NCBI GenBank assembly: GCA_964016885.1
Contig: OZ024741.1
Span: 257,300,001-257,364,000, forward strand
Reading direction: 5' to 3'
Length of the DNA: 64,000 bases
Source: Eledone cirrhosa
Lineage: Eukaryota
Part shown: positions 28,517 through 43,202 of the stretch, piece by piece
How positions within the stretch are numbered: the first letter of the stretch is position 1
Layout of the letters: the number at the start of each line of letters is the position of its first letter
Position numbers and translations under genes: made by a program
Notes under the pieces: model-generated
What the model saw: only the letters and a program-made list of their open reading frames with translations
What the model was told of the DNA's origin: nothing
Database searches by the model: none

Positions 28517-31351
28517 GTTTCGCTTTACGAGTGTTTCGGCGTACGAGTGTTTCGACTTACGAGTGTTTTGACTTACGTGTGTTTCGGCATACGAGTGTTT
28601 TGTCTTACGAGTGTTTTGACTTACGGGTGTTTCGGCTTACGAGTGTTTCGACTTACGAGTGTTCTGACTTACGAGTGTTCCAACTTACGAGCGTTCCGAC
28701 TTACGAGTGTTTCGGCTTACGAGTGTTCCGACGTACGAGTGTTTCGACTTACGAGTGTTTTGACTTACGGTGTTTCGGCTTACGAGTGTTTTGACTTACG
28801 AGTGTTTTGACTTACGGGTGATTTGACATACGAGTGTTTCGATACGAGTGTTCTGACTTACGAGTGTTCTGACTTACGAGTGTTCTGACTTACGAGTGTT
28901 CTGACTTACGAGTGGTCTGACTTACGGGTGTTCTTACTTACGAGTGTTCCGACTTACGGGTGTTCTGACTTACGTGTGTTCCGACTTACGAGTGTTTCGG
29001 TTATGGGTGTTTCGACTTACGAGTGTTTCGACTTACGAATGTTTTGGCTTACGAGTGTTTCGGCTTACGAATGTTTTGGCTTACGAGTGTTTCGGCTTAC
29101 GGGTGTTTCGACTTACGAGTGTTTCGACTTACGAGTGTTTTGACTTACGGTGTTTTGACATACGAGTATTTCGATACGAGTGTTCTGACTTACGAGTGTT
29201 CTGACTTACGAGTGTTCTGACTTACGGGTGTTCTGACTTACGAGTGTTCCGACTTACGAGTGTTTCGGCTTATGAGGGTTTCGACTTACGAGTGCTTCGG
29301 CTTACGAGTGTTTCGACTTACGAGTGTTTCGGCTTACGAGTGTTTCGACTTACGAATGTTTTGGCTTACGAGTGTTTCGGCTTACGAGTGTTTCGACTTA
29401 CGAGTGTTTCGACTTATGGTGTTTCGGCTTACGAGTGTTTCGACATACGAGTGTTTTGACGTACGGGTGTTTCGACCTACGGGTCTTTCGACTTACGAGT
29501 GTTTCGACTTACGAGTGTTTCGGCGTACGAGTGTTTCGACTTACGAGTGTTTCGACTTACGAGTGTTTCGACTTACGAGTGTTTCGACTTACGAGTGTTT
29601 TGAATTACGAGTGTTTTGACTTACGGTGTTTCTGCTTACGAGTGTTTCGACTTACGAGTGTTATGACTTACGGGTGTTTTGACATACGAGTGTTTTCGAT
29701 ACGAGTGTTTCGACTTACGAGTGTTTTGACTTACGAGTGTTTCGAGTTACGAGTGTTTCGACTTACGAATGTTTTTACTTACGAATGTTCTGACTTACGG
29801 GTGTTTCGGCTTACGAGTGTTTCGACTTACGAGTGTTTTAAATTACGGGTGTTTCTACTTACGCGTGTTTCGACTTGCAAGTGTTTCGACTTACGAGTGT
29901 TTCGACTACGAATGTTCCGACTTACGAGTGTTTCGACTTATGAGTGTTTCTACTTACGAGTGTTCTGACTTACGGGTGTTCCGACTTACGAGTGTTTCGG
30001 CTTACGATTGTTTTGACTTACGATTGTATTGGCTTACGAATGTTTCGACTTACTTCGACTTACGAGTGATCTGACTTACGAGTGTTCCTACTTACGAGTG
30101 TTTCGACTTAGGAGTGTTTCGACTTACGAGTGTTTCGGCTTACGAGTGTTTCGGTGTTTCGGCTCACGTGTGTTTCGACTTACGAGTGTTTCGACTTACG
30201 AGTGTTTCGGCTTATGAGTGTTTCGACTTACGAGTGCTTCGGCTTACGAGTGTTTCGACTTACGAGTGTTTCGGCTTACGAGTGTTTCGACGTACGAATG
30301 TTTTGGCTTACGAGTGTTTCGGCTTATGAGTGTTTCGACTTACGAGTGTTTCGACATACGAGTGTTTCGGCTTACGAGTGTTTCGACTTACGAGTGTTTC
30401 GGCTTACGAGTGTTTCAGTGTTTCGGCTTACGTGTTTTTTGACTTACGAGTGTTTCGACTTACGAGTGTTTCGGCTTACGAGTGTTTCGACTTACGATTG
30501 TTTGGGCTTAGGAATGTTTCGACTTACGAGTGTTTCGACTTACGAGTGTTTTGACTTACGGTGTTTCGGCTTACGAGTGTTTTGACTTACGAGTGTTTTG
30601 ACTTACGCGTGTTTTGACATACGAGTGTTTCGATACGAGTGTTCTGACTTACGAGTGTTCTGACTTACGAGTGTTCTGACTTACGAGTGTTCTGACTTAC
30701 GAGTGGTCTGACTTACGGGTGTTCTGACTTACGAGTGTTCCGACTTACGAGTGTTTCAGCTTATGAGTGTTTCGACTTACGAGTGCTTCGGTTTGCGAGT
30801 GTTTCGACTTACGAGTGTTTCGGCTTACGAGTGTTTCGACTTATGAGTGTTTCGACTTACGAGTGTTTTGACTTATGGTGTTTCGGCTTACGAGTGTTTC
30901 GACATACGAGTGTTTTGACTTACGCGGGTTTCGACTTACGGGTGTTTCGACGTAAGAGTGTTTCGACTTACGAGCGCTTCGACTTACGAGTGTTTCGACT
31001 TACGAGTGTTTCGGCGTACGAGTGTTTTGACTTACGAGTGCTTTGACTTACGAATGTTTTGAAATACTTCGACTTACGAGTGATCTGACTTACGAGTGTT
31101 CTGACTTACGAGTGTTCCGACTTACGAGTGTTTCGACTTACGAGTGTTTTGACTTACGAATGTTCTGACTTACGAGTGGTTCGCCTTACGAGTGTTTCGA
31201 CTTACGAGTGTTTTAACTTACGGGTGTTTCGACTTACGCGTGTTTCGACTTACGAGTGTTTCGATTTACGAGTGTTTCGACTTACGAATGTTCCGACTTA
31301 CGAGTGTTTCTACTTACGAGTGTTTCGGCTTACGAGTGTTTCGACTTACGA

Positions 31352-31420
31352 AAATAACAAATAGACGCGGTTTCAAATATCTATGCTTTTCAAATTCATT
31401 ACATTAATCTTTATTTATAC
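31352..31420. repeat. 69-bp spacer, copy 11
   Basis: Matches copy 2. Confidence 0.97.
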
Positions 31421-34400
31421 GTTTCGCTTTACGAGTGTTTCGGCGTACGAGTGTTTCGACTTACAAGTGTTTTGACTTACGTGTGTTTCGGCATACGAGT
31501 GTTTTGTCTTACGAGTGTTTTGACTTACGGGTGTTTCGGCTTACGAGTGTTTCGACTTACGAGTGTTCTGACTTACGAGTGTTCCAACTTACGAGCGTTC
31601 CGACTTACGAGTGTTTCGGCTTACGAGTGTTCCGACTTACGAGTGTTTCGACTTACGAGTGTTTTGACTTACGGTGTTTCGGCTTACGAGTGTTTTGACT
31701 TACGAGTGTTTTGACTTACGGGTGATTTGACATACGAGTGTTCTGACTTACGAGTGTTCTGACTTACGAGTGTTCTGACTTACGAGTGTTCTGACTTACG
31801 AGTGGTCTGACTTACGGGTGTTCTTACTTACGAGTGTTCCGACTTACGGGTGTTCTGACTTACGTGTGTTCCGACTTACGAGTGTTTCGGTTATGGGTGT
31901 TTCGACTTACGAGTGTTTCGACTTACGAATGTTTTGGCTTACGAGTGTTTCGGCTTACGAATGTTTTGGCTTACGAGTGTTTCGGCTTACGGGTGTTTCG
32001 ACTTACGAGTGTTTCGACTTACGAGTGTTTTGACTTACGGTGTTTCGGCTTACGATTTATTCGACTTACGAGTGTTTCGACTTACGGGTGTTTCGACTTA
32101 CTGGTGTTTCGACTTACGAGTGTTTCGACTTATGAGTGTTTCGACTTACGAGTGTTCTGACTTACGAGTGTTCTGACTTACGAGTGTTCCGACTTACGAG
32201 TGTTTCGGTTTACGAGTGTTTCGACATACGAGTGTTTTGACTTACGGGTGTTTCGACTTACGGGTGTTTCGACTTACGAGTGTTTCGGCTTACGAGTGTT
32301 CCGACTTACGAGTGTTTCGACTTACGAGTGTTTTGACTTACGGTGTTTCGGCTTACGAGTGTTTTGACTTACGAGTGTTTTGACTTACGGGTGATTTGAC
32401 ATACGAGTGTTTCGATACGAGTGTTCTGACTTACGAGTGTTCTGACTTACGAGTGTTCTGACTTACGAGTGTTCTGACTTACGAGTGGTCTGACTTACGG
32501 GTGTTCTTACTTACGAGTGTTCCGACTTACGGGTGTTCTGACTTACGTGTGTTCCGACTTACGAGTGTTTCGGTTATGGGTGTTTCGACTTACGAGTGTT
32601 TCGACTTACGAATGTTTTGGCTTACGAGTGTTTCGGCTTACGAATGTTTTGGCTTACGAGTGTTTCGGCTTACGGGTGTTTCGACTTACGAGTGTTTCGA
32701 CTTACGAGTGTTTTGACTTACGGTGTTTTGACATACGAGTGTTTCGATACGAGTGTTCTGACTTACGAGTGTTCTGACTTACGAGTGTTCTGACTTACGG
32801 GTGTTCTGACTTACGAGTGTTCCGACTTACGAGTGTTTCGGCTTATGAGGGTTTCGACTTACGAGTGCTTCGGCTTACGAGTGTTTCGACTTACGAGTGT
32901 TTCGGCTTACGAGTGTTTCGACTTACGAATGTTTTGGCTTACGAGTGTTTCGGCTTACGAGTGTTTCGACTTACGAGTGTTTCGACTTATGGTGTTTCGG
33001 CTTACGAGTGTTTCGACATACGAGTGTTTTGACGTACGGGTGTTTCGACCTACGGGTCTTTCGACTTACGAGTGTTTCGACTTACGAGTGTTTCGGCGTA
33101 CGAGTGTTTCGACTTACGAGTGTTTCGACTTACGAGTGTTTCGACTTACGAGTGTTTCGACTTACGAGTGTTTTGAATTACGAGTGTTTTGACTTACGGT
33201 GTTTCTGCTTACGAGTGTTTCGACTTACGAGTGTTATGACTTACGGGTGTTTTGACATACGAGTGTTTTCGATACGAGTGTTTCGACTTACGAGTGTTTT
33301 GACTTACGAGTGTTTCGAGTTACGAGTGTTTCGACTTACGAATGTTTTTACTTACGAATGTTCTGACTTACGGGTGTTTCGGCTTACGAGTGTTTCGACT
33401 TACGAGTGTTTTAAATTACGGGTGTTTCTACTTACGCGTGTTTCGACTTGCAAGTGTTTCGACTTACGAGTGTTTCGACTACGAATGTTCCGACTTACGA
33501 GTGTTTCGACTTATGAGTGTTTCGACTTACGAGTGTTCTGACTTACGGGTGTTCCGACTTACGAGTGTTTCGGCTTACGATTGTTTTGACTTACGATTGT
33601 ATTGGCTTACGAATGTTTCGACTTACTTCGACTTACGAGTGATCTGACTTACGAGTGTTCCTACTTACGAGTGTTTCGACTTAGGAGTGTTTCGACTTGC
33701 GAGTGTTTCGACTTACGAGTGTTTCGGCTTACGAGTGTTTCGGTGTTTCGGCTCACGTGTGTTTCGACTTACGAGTGTTTCGACTTACGAGTGTTTCGGC
33801 TTATGAGTGTTTCGACTTACGAGTGCTTCGGCTTACGAGTGTTTCGACTTACGAGTGTTTCGGCTTACGAGTGTTTCGACGTACGAATGTTTTGGCTTAC
33901 GAGTGTTTCGGCTTATGAGTGTTTCGACTTACGAGTGTTTCGACATACGAGTGTTTCGCCTTACGAGTGTTTCGACTTACGAGTGTTTCGGCTTACGAGT
34001 GTTTCAGTGTTTCGGCTTACGTGTTTTTTGACTTACGAGTGTTTCGACTTACGAGTGTTTCGGCTTACGAGTGTTTCGACTTACGATTGTTTGGGCTTAG
34101 GAATGTTTCGACTTACGAGTGTTTCGACTTACGAGTGTTTTGACTTACGGTGTTTCGGCTTACGAGTGTTTTGACTTACGAGTGTTTTGACTTACGCGTG
34201 TTTTGACATACGAGTGTTTCGATACGAGTGTTCTGACTTACGAGTGTTCTGACTTACGAGTGTTCTGACTTACGAGTGTTCTGACTTACGAGTGGTCTGA
34301 CTTACGGGTGTTCTGACTTACGAGTGTTCCGACTTACGAGTGTTTCAGCTTATGAGTGTTTCGACTTACGAGTGCTTCGGTTTGCGAGTGTTTCGACTTA

Positions 34401-35004
34401 CGAGTGTTTCGGCTTACGAGTGTTTCGACTTATGAGTGTTTCGACTTACGAGTGTTTTGACTTATGGTGTTTCGGCTTACGAGTGTTTCGACATACGAGT
34501 GTTTTGACTTACGCGGGTTTCGACTTACGGGTGTTTCGACGTAAGAGTGTTTCGACTTACGAGCGCTTCGACTTACGAGTGTTTCGACTTACGAGTGTTT
34601 CGGCGTACGAGTGTTTTGACTTACGAGTGCTTTGACTTACGAATGTTTTGAATTACTTCGACTTACGAGTGATCTGACTTACGAGTGTTCCTACTTACGA
34701 GTGTTTCGACTTACGAGTGTTCTGACTTACGAGTGTTCTGACTTACGAGTGTTCTGACTTACGAGTGTTCCGACTTACGAGTGTTTCGACTTACGAGTGT
34801 TTTGACTTACGAATGTTCTGACTTACGAGTGGTTCGCCTTACGAGTGTTTCGACTTACGAGTGTTTTAACTTACGGGTGTTTCGACTTACGCGTGTTTTG
34901 ACTTACGAGTGTTTCGATTTACGAGTGTTTCGACTTACGAATGTTCCGACTTACGAGTGTTTCTACTTACGAGTGTTTCGGCTTACGAGTGTTTCGACTT
35001 ACGA

Positions 35005-35073
35005 AAATAACAAATAGACGCGGTTTCAAATATCTATGCTTTTCAAATTCATTACATTAATCTTTATTTATAC
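35005..35073. repeat. 69-bp spacer, copy 12
   Basis: Matches copy 2. Confidence 0.97.
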
Positions 35074-36576
35074 GTTTCGCTTTACGAGTGTTTCGGCGTA
35101 CGAGTGTTTCGACTTACGAGTGTTTTGACTTACGTGTGTTTCGGCATACGAGTGTTTTGTCTTACGAGTGTTTTGACTTACGGGTGTTTCGGCTTACGAG
35201 TGTTTCGACTTATGAGTGTTCTGACTTACGAGTGTTCCAACTTACGAGCGTTCCGACTTACGAGTGTTTCGGCTTACGAGTGTTCCGACTTACGAGTGTT
35301 TCGACTTACGAGTGTTTTGACTTACGGTGTTTCGGCTTACGAGTGTTTTGACTTACGAGTGTTTTGACTTACGGGTGATTTGACATACGAGTGTTTCGAT
35401 ACGAGTGTTCTGACTTACGAGTGTTCTGACTTACGAGTGTTCTGACTTACGAGTGTTCTGACTTACGAGTGGTCTGACTTACGGGTGTTCTTACTTACGA
35501 GTGTTCCGACTTACGGGTGTTCTGACTTACGTGTGTTCCGACTTACGAGTGTTTCGGTTATGGGTGTTTCGACTTACGAGTGTTTCGACTTACGAATGTT
35601 TTGGCTTACGAGTGTTTCGGCTTACGAATGTTTTGGCTTACGAGTGTTTCGGCTTACGGGTGTTTCGACTTACGAGTGTTTCGACTTACGAGTGTTTTGA
35701 CTTACGGTGTTTCGGCTTACGATTTATTCGACTTACGAGTGTTTCGACTTACGGGTGTTTCGACTTACTGGTGTTTCGACTTACGAGTGTTTCGACTTAT
35801 GAGTGTTTCGACTTACGAGTGTTCTGACTTACGAGTGTTCTGACTTACGAGTGTTCCGACTTACGAGTGTTTCGGTTTACGAGTGTTTCGACATACGAGT
35901 GTTTTGACTTACGGGTGTTTCGACTTACGGGTGTTTCGACTTACGAGTGTTTCGGCTTACGAGTGTTTCGACTTACTAATGTTTTTACTTACGAGTGTTT
36001 CGGTGTACGAGTGTTTCGACTTAAGGATGTTTCGACTTGCGAGTGTTTCGACTTACGTGTGTTTCGGCTTACGTGAGTTTCGACTTAAGAGTGTTCTGAT
36101 TTACGAGTGTTCTGACTTGCGGGTTTTCTGATTTACGAGTGTTCCGACTTACGAGTGTTTCGGCTTATGAGTGTTTCGACTTACGAGTGTTTCGGCTTAC
36201 GAGTGTTTCGACTGATGGGTGTTTCGACTTACGAGTGTTTTTACTTACGGTGTTTCGGCTTACGAGTGTTTCGACATACGAGTGTTCAGACTTACGAGTG
36301 TTCAGACTTACGAGCGTTCCGACTTACGAGTGTTTCGACTTACGAGTGTTAAGACTTACGGGTGTTTTGACATACGAGTGTTTCGATACGAGTGTTTCGA
36401 CTTACGAGTGTTACGAGTGTTCTGACTTACGAGTGTTCTGACTTACGAGTGTTCTGACTTACGAGTGTTCTGATTTACGAGTGTTCTGACTTACGAGCGT
36501 TCTGACTTACGAATGTTCCGACTTACGAGTGTTTCTACTTACGAGTGTTTCGGCTTACGAGTGTTTCGACTTACGA

Positions 36577-36645
36577 AAATAACAAATAGACGCGGTTTCA
36601 AATATCTATGCTTTTCAAATTCATTACATTAATCTTTATTTATAC
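36577..36645. repeat. 69-bp spacer, copy 13
   Basis: Matches copy 2. Confidence 0.97.
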
Positions 36646-39480
36646 GTTTCGCTTTACGAGTGTTTCGGCGTACGAGTGTTTCGACTTACGAGTGTTTTGA
36701 CTTACGTGTGTTTCGGCATACGAGTGTTTTGTCTTACGAGTGTTTTGACTTACGGGTGTTTCGGCTTACGAGTGTTTCGACTTACGAGTGTTCTGACTTA
36801 CGAGTGTTCCAACTTACGAGCGTTCCGACTTACGAGTGTTTCGGCTTACGAGTGTTCCGACGTACGAGTGTTTCGACTTACGAGTGTTTTGACTTACGGT
36901 GTTTCGGCTTACGAGTGTTTTGACTTACGAGTGTTTTGACTTACGGGTGATTTGACATACGAGTGTTTCGATACGAGTGTTCTGACTTACGAGTGTTCTG
37001 ACTTACGAGTGTTCTGACTTACGAGTGTTCTGACTTACGAGTGGTCTGACTTACGGGTGTTCTTACTTACGAGTGTTCCGACTTACGGGTGTTCTGACTT
37101 ACGTGTGTTCCGACTTACGAGTGTTTCGGTTATGGGTGTTTCGACTTACGAGTGTTTCGACTTACGAATGTTTTGGCTTACGAGTGTTTCGGCTTACGAA
37201 TGTTTTGGCTTACGAGTGTTTCGGCTTACGGGTGTTTCGACTTACGAGTGTTTCGACTTACGAGTGTTTTGACTTACGGTGTTTTGACATACGAGTATTT
37301 CGATACGAGTGTTCTGACTTACGAGTGTTCTGACTTACGAGTGTTCTGACTTACGGGTGTTCTGACTTACGAGTGTTCCGACTTACGAGTGTTTCGGCTT
37401 ATGAGGGTTTCGACTTACGAGTGCTTCGGCTTACGAGTGTTTCGACTTACGAGTGTTTCGGCTTACGAGTGTTTCGACTTACGAATGTTTTGGCTTACGA
37501 GTGTTTCGGCTTACGAGTGTTTCGACTTACGAGTGTTTCGACTTATGGTGTTTCGGCTTACGAGTGTTTCGACATACGAGTGTTTTGACGTACGGGTGTT
37601 TCGACCTACGGGTCTTTCGACTTACGAGTGTTTCGACTTACGAGTGTTTCGGCGTACGAGTGTTTCGACTTACGAGTGTTTCGACTTACGAGTGTTTCGA
37701 CTTACGAGTGTTTCGACTTACGAGTGTTTTGAATTACGAGTGTTTTGACTTACGGTGTTTCTGCTTACGAGTGTTTCGACTTACGAGTGTTATGACTTAC
37801 GGGTGTTTTGACATACGAGTGTTTTCGATACGAGTGTTTCGACTTACGAGTGTTTTGACTTACGAGTGTTTCGAGTTACGAGTGTTTCGACTTACGAATG
37901 TTTTTACTTACGAATGTTCTGACTTACGGGTGTTTCGGCTTACGAGTGTTTCGACTTACGAGTGTTTTAAATTACGGGTGTTTCTACTTACGCGTGTTTC
38001 GACTTGCAAGTGTTTCGACTTACGAGTGTTTCGACTACGAATGTTCCGACTTACGAGTGTTTCGACTTATGAGTGTTTCTACTTACGAGTGTTCTGACTT
38101 ACGGGTGTTCCGACTTACGAGTGTTTCGGCTTACGATTGTTTTGACTTACGATTGTATTGGCTTACGAATGTTTCGACTTACTTCGACTTACGAGTGATC
38201 TGACTTACGAGTGTTCCTACTTACGAGTGTTTCGACTTAGGAGTGTTTCGACTTACGAGTGTTTCGGCTTACGAGTGTTTCGGTGTTTCGGCTCACGTGT
38301 GTTTCGACTTACGAGTGTTTCGACTTACGAGTGTTTCGGCTTATGAGTGTTTCGACTTACGAGTGCTTCGGCTTACGAGTGTTTCGACTTACGAGTGTTT
38401 CGGCTTACGAGTGTTTCGACGTACGAATGTTTTGGCTTACGAGTGTTTCGGCTTATGAGTGTTTCGACTTACGAGTGTTTCGACATACGAGTGTTTCGGC
38501 TTACGAGTGTTTCGACTTACGAGTGTTTCGGCTTACGAGTGTTTCAGTGTTTCGGCTTACGTGTTTTTTGACTTACGAGTGTTTCGACTTACGAGTGTTT
38601 CGGCTTACGAGTGTTTCGACTTACGATTGTTTGGGCTTAGGAATGTTTCGACTTACGAGTGTTTCGACTTACGAGTGTTTTGACTTACGGTGTTTCGGCT
38701 TACGAGTGTTTTGACTTACGAGTGTTTTGACTTACGCGTGTTTTGACATACGAGTGTTTCGATACGAGTGTTCTGACTTACGAGTGTTCTGACTTACGAG
38801 TGTTCTGACTTACGAGTGTTCTGACTTACGAGTGGTCTGACTTACGGGTGTTCTGACTTACGAGTGTTCCGACTTACGAGTGTTTCAGCTTATGAGTGTT
38901 TCGACTTACGAGTGCTTCGGTTTGCGAGTGTTTCGACTTACGAGTGTTTCGGCTTACGAGTGTTTCGACTTATGAGTGTTTCGACTTACGAGTGTTTTGA
39001 CTTATGGTGTTTCGGCTTACGAGTGTTTCGACATACGAGTGTTTTGACTTACGCGGGTTTCGACTTACGGGTGTTTCGACGTAAGAGTGTTTCGACTTAC
39101 GAGCGCTTCGACTTACGAGTGTTTCGACTTACGAGTGTTTCGGCGTACGAGTGTTTTGACTTACGAGTGCTTTGACTTACGAATGTTTTGAAATACTTCG
39201 ACTTACGAGTGATCTGACTTACGAGTGTTCTGACTTACGAGTGTTCCGACTTACGAGTGTTTCGACTTACGAGTGTTTTGACTTACGAATGTTCTGACTT
39301 ACGAGTGGTTCGCCTTACGAGTGTTTCGACTTACGAGTGTTTTAACTTACGGGTGTTTCGACTTACGCGTGTTTCGACTTACGAGTGTTTCGATTTACGA
39401 GTGTTTCGACTTACGAATGTTCCGACTTACGAGTGTTTCTACTTACGAGTGTTTCGGCTTACGAGTGTTTCGACTTACGA

Positions 39481-39549
39481 AAATAACAAATAGACGCGGT
39501 TTCAAATATCTATGCTTTTCAAATTCATTACATTAATCTTTATTTATAC
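39481..39549. repeat. 69-bp spacer, copy 14
   Basis: Matches copy 2. Confidence 0.97.
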
Positions 39550-42500
39550 GTTTCGCTTTACGAGTGTTTCGGCGTACGAGTGTTTCGACTTACAAGTGTT
39601 TTGACTTACGTGTGTTTCGGCATACGAGTGTTTTGTCTTACGAGTGTTTTGACTTACGTGTGTTTCGGCTTACGAGTGTTTCGACTTACGAGTGTTCTGA
39701 CTTACGAGTGTTCCAACTTACGAGCGTTCCGACTTACGAGTGTTTCGGCTTACGAGTGTTCCGACTTACGAGTGTTTCGACTTACGAGTGTTTTGACTTA
39801 CGGTGTTTCGGCTTACGAGTGTTTTGACTTACGAGTGTTTTGACTTACGGGTGATTTGACATACGAGTGTTCTGACTTACGAGTGTTCTGACTTACGAGT
39901 GTTCTGACTTACGAGTGTTCTGACTTACGAGTGGTCTGACTTACGGGTGTTCTTACTTACGAGTGTTCCGACTTACGGGTGTTCTGACTTACGTGTGTTC
40001 CGACTTACGAGTGTTTCGGTTATGGGTGTTTCGACTTACGAGTGTTTCGACTTACGAATGTTTTGGCTTACGAGTGTTTCGGCTTACGAATGTTTTGGCT
40101 TACGAGTGTTTCGGCTTACGGGTGTTTCGACTTACGAGTGTTTCGACTTACGAGTGTTTTGACTTACGGTGTTTCGGCTTACGATTTATTCGACTTACGA
40201 GTGTTTCGACTTACGGGTGTTTCGACTTACTGGTGTTTCGACTTACGAGTGTTTCGACTTATGAGTGTTTCGACTTACGAGTGTTCTGACTTACGAGTGT
40301 TCTGACTTACGAGTGTTCCGACTTACGAGTGTTTCGGTTTACGAGTGTTTCGACATACGAGTGTTTTGACTTACGGGTGTTTCGACTTACGGGTGTTTCG
40401 ACTTACGAGTGTTTCGGCTTACGAGTGTTCCGACTTACGAGTGTTTCGACTTACGAGTGTTTTGACTTACGGTGTTTCGGCTTACGAGTGTTTTGACTTA
40501 CGAGTGTTTTGACTTACGGGTGATTTGACATACGAGTGTTTCGATACGAGTGTTCTGACTTACGAGTGTTCTGACTTACGAGTGTTCTGACTTACGAGTG
40601 TTCTGACTTACGAGTGGTCTGACTTACGGGTGTTCTTACTTACGAGTGTTCCGACTTACGGGTGTTCTGACTTACGTGTGTTCCGACTTACGAGTGTTTC
40701 GGTTATGGGTGTTTCGACTTACGAGTGTTTCGACTTACGAATGTTTTGGCTTACGAGTGTTTCGGCTTACGAATGTTTTGGCTTACGAGTGTTTCGGCTT
40801 ACGGGTGTTTCGACTTACGAGTGTTTCGACTTACGAGTGTTTTGACTTACGGTGTTTTGACATACGAGTGTTTCGATACGAGTGTTCTGACTTACGAGTG
40901 TTCTGACTTACGAGTGTTCTGACTTACGGGTGTTCTGACTTACGAGTGTTCCGACTTACGAGTGTTTCGGCTTATGAGGGTTTCGACTTACGAGTGCTTC
41001 GGCTTACGAGTGTTTCGACTTACGAGTGTTTCGGCTTACGAGTGTTTCGACTTACGAATGTTTTGGCTTACGAGTGTTTCGGCTTACGAGTGTTTCGACT
41101 TACGAGTGTTTCGACTTATGGTGTTTCGGCTTACGAGTGTTTCGACATACGAGTGTTTTGACGTACGGGTGTTTCGACCTACGGGTCTTTCGACTTACGA
41201 GTGTTTCGACTTACGAGTGTTTCGGCGTACGAGTGTTTCGACTTACGAGTGTTTCGACTTACGAGTGTTTCGACTTACGAGTGTTTCGACTTACGAGTGT
41301 TTTGAATTACGAGTGTTTTGACTTACGGTGTTTCTGCTTACGAGTGTTTCGACTTACGAGTGTTATGACTTACGGGTGTTTTGACATACGAGTGTTTTCG
41401 ATACGAGTGTTTCGACTTACGAGTGTTTTGACTTACGAGTGTTTCGAGTTACGAGTGTTTCGACTTACGAATGTTTTTACTTACGAATGTTCTGACTTAC
41501 GGGTGTTTCGGCTTACGAGTGTTTCGACTTACGAGTGTTTTAAATTACGGGTGTTTCTACTTACGCGTGTTTCGACTTGCAAGTGTTTCGACTTACGAGT
41601 GTTTCGACTACGAATGTTCCGACTTACGAGTGTTTCGACTTATGAGTGTTTCGACTTACGAGTGTTCTGACTTACGGGTGTTCCGACTTACGAGTGTTTC
41701 GGCTTACGATTGTTTTGACTTACGATTGTATTGGCTTACGAATGTTTCGACTTACTTCGACTTACGAGTGATCTGACTTACGAGTGTTCCTACTTACGAG
41801 TGTTTCGACTTAGGAGTGTTTCGACTTGCGAGTGTTTCGACTTACGAGTGTTTCGGCTTACGAGTGTTTCGGTGTTTCGGCTCACGTGTGTTTCGACTTA
41901 CGAGTGTTTCGACTTACGAGTGTTTCGGCTTATGAGTGTTTCGACTTACGAGTGCTTCGGCTTACGAGTGTTTCGACTTACGAGTGTTTCGGCTTACGAG
42001 TGTTTCGACGTACGAATGTTTTGGCTTACGAGTGTTTCGGCTTATGAGTGTTTCGACTTACGAGTGTTTCGACATACGAGTGTTTCGCCTTACGAGTGTT
42101 TCGACTTACGAGTGTTTCGGCTTACGAGTGTTTCAGTGTTTCGGCTTACGTGTTTTTTGACTTACGAGTGTTTCGACTTACGAGTGTTTCGGCTTACGAG
42201 TGTTTCGACTTACGATTGTTTGGGCTTAGGAATGTTTCGACTTACGAGTGTTTCGACTTACGAGTGTTTTGACTTACGGTGTTTCGGCTTACGAGTGTTT
42301 TGACTTACGAGTGTTTTGACTTACGCGTGTTTTGACATACGAGTGTTTCGATACGAGTGTTCTGACTTACGAGTGTTCTGACTTACGAGTGTTCTGACTT
42401 ACGAGTGTTCTGACTTACGAGTGGTCTGACTTACGGGTGTTCTGACTTACGAGTGTTCCGACTTACGAGTGTTTCAGCTTATGAGTGTTTCGACTTACGA

Positions 42501-43133
42501 GTGCTTCGGTTTGCGAGTGTTTCGACTTACGAGTGTTTCGGCTTACGAGTGTTTCGACTTATGAGTGTTTCGACTTACGAGTGTTTTGACTTATGGTGTT
42601 TCGGCTTACGAGTGTTTCGACATACGAGTGTTTTGACTTACGCGGGTTTCGACTTACGGGTGTTTCGACGTAAGAGTGTTTCGACTTACGAGCGCTTCGA
42701 CTTACGAGTGTTTCGACTTACGAGTGTTTCGGCGTACGAGTGTTTTGACTTACGAGTGCTTTGACTTACGAATGTTTTGAATTACTTCGACTTACGAGTG
42801 ATCTGACTTACGAGTGTTCCTACTTACGAGTGTTTCGACTTACGAGTGTTCTGACTTACGAGTGTTCTGACTTACGAGTGTTCTGACTTACGAGTGTTCC
42901 GACTTACGAGTGTTTCGACTTACGAGTGTTTTGACTTACGAATGTTCTGACTTACGAGTGGTTCGCCTTACGAGTGTTTCGACTTACGAGTGTTTTAACT
43001 TACGGGTGTTTCGACTTACGCGTGTTTTGACTTACGAGTGTTTCGATTTACGAGTGTTTCGACTTACGAATGTTCCGACTTACGAGTGTTTCTACTTACG
43101 AGTGTTTCGGCTTACGAGTGTTTCGACTTACGA

Positions 43134-43202
43134 AAATAACAAATAGACGCGGTTTCAAATATCTATGCTTTTCAAATTCATTACATTAATCTTTATTTAT
43201 AC
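43134..43202. repeat. 69-bp spacer, copy 15
   Basis: Matches copy 2. Confidence 0.97.

Larger units (their letters stand above)
8880..40860 (+). repeat. 18,194-bp-offset duplication (~8.9-22.6 kb vs ~27.1-40.8 kb)
   Basis: Private variants recur at +18194: TTCAACTTGC 8941/27135, GACTGACGAG ~9836/28030, 1-bp deletion ~9880/28074, and spacers 4-8 vs 10-14. Boundaries are approximate. Confidence 0.9.
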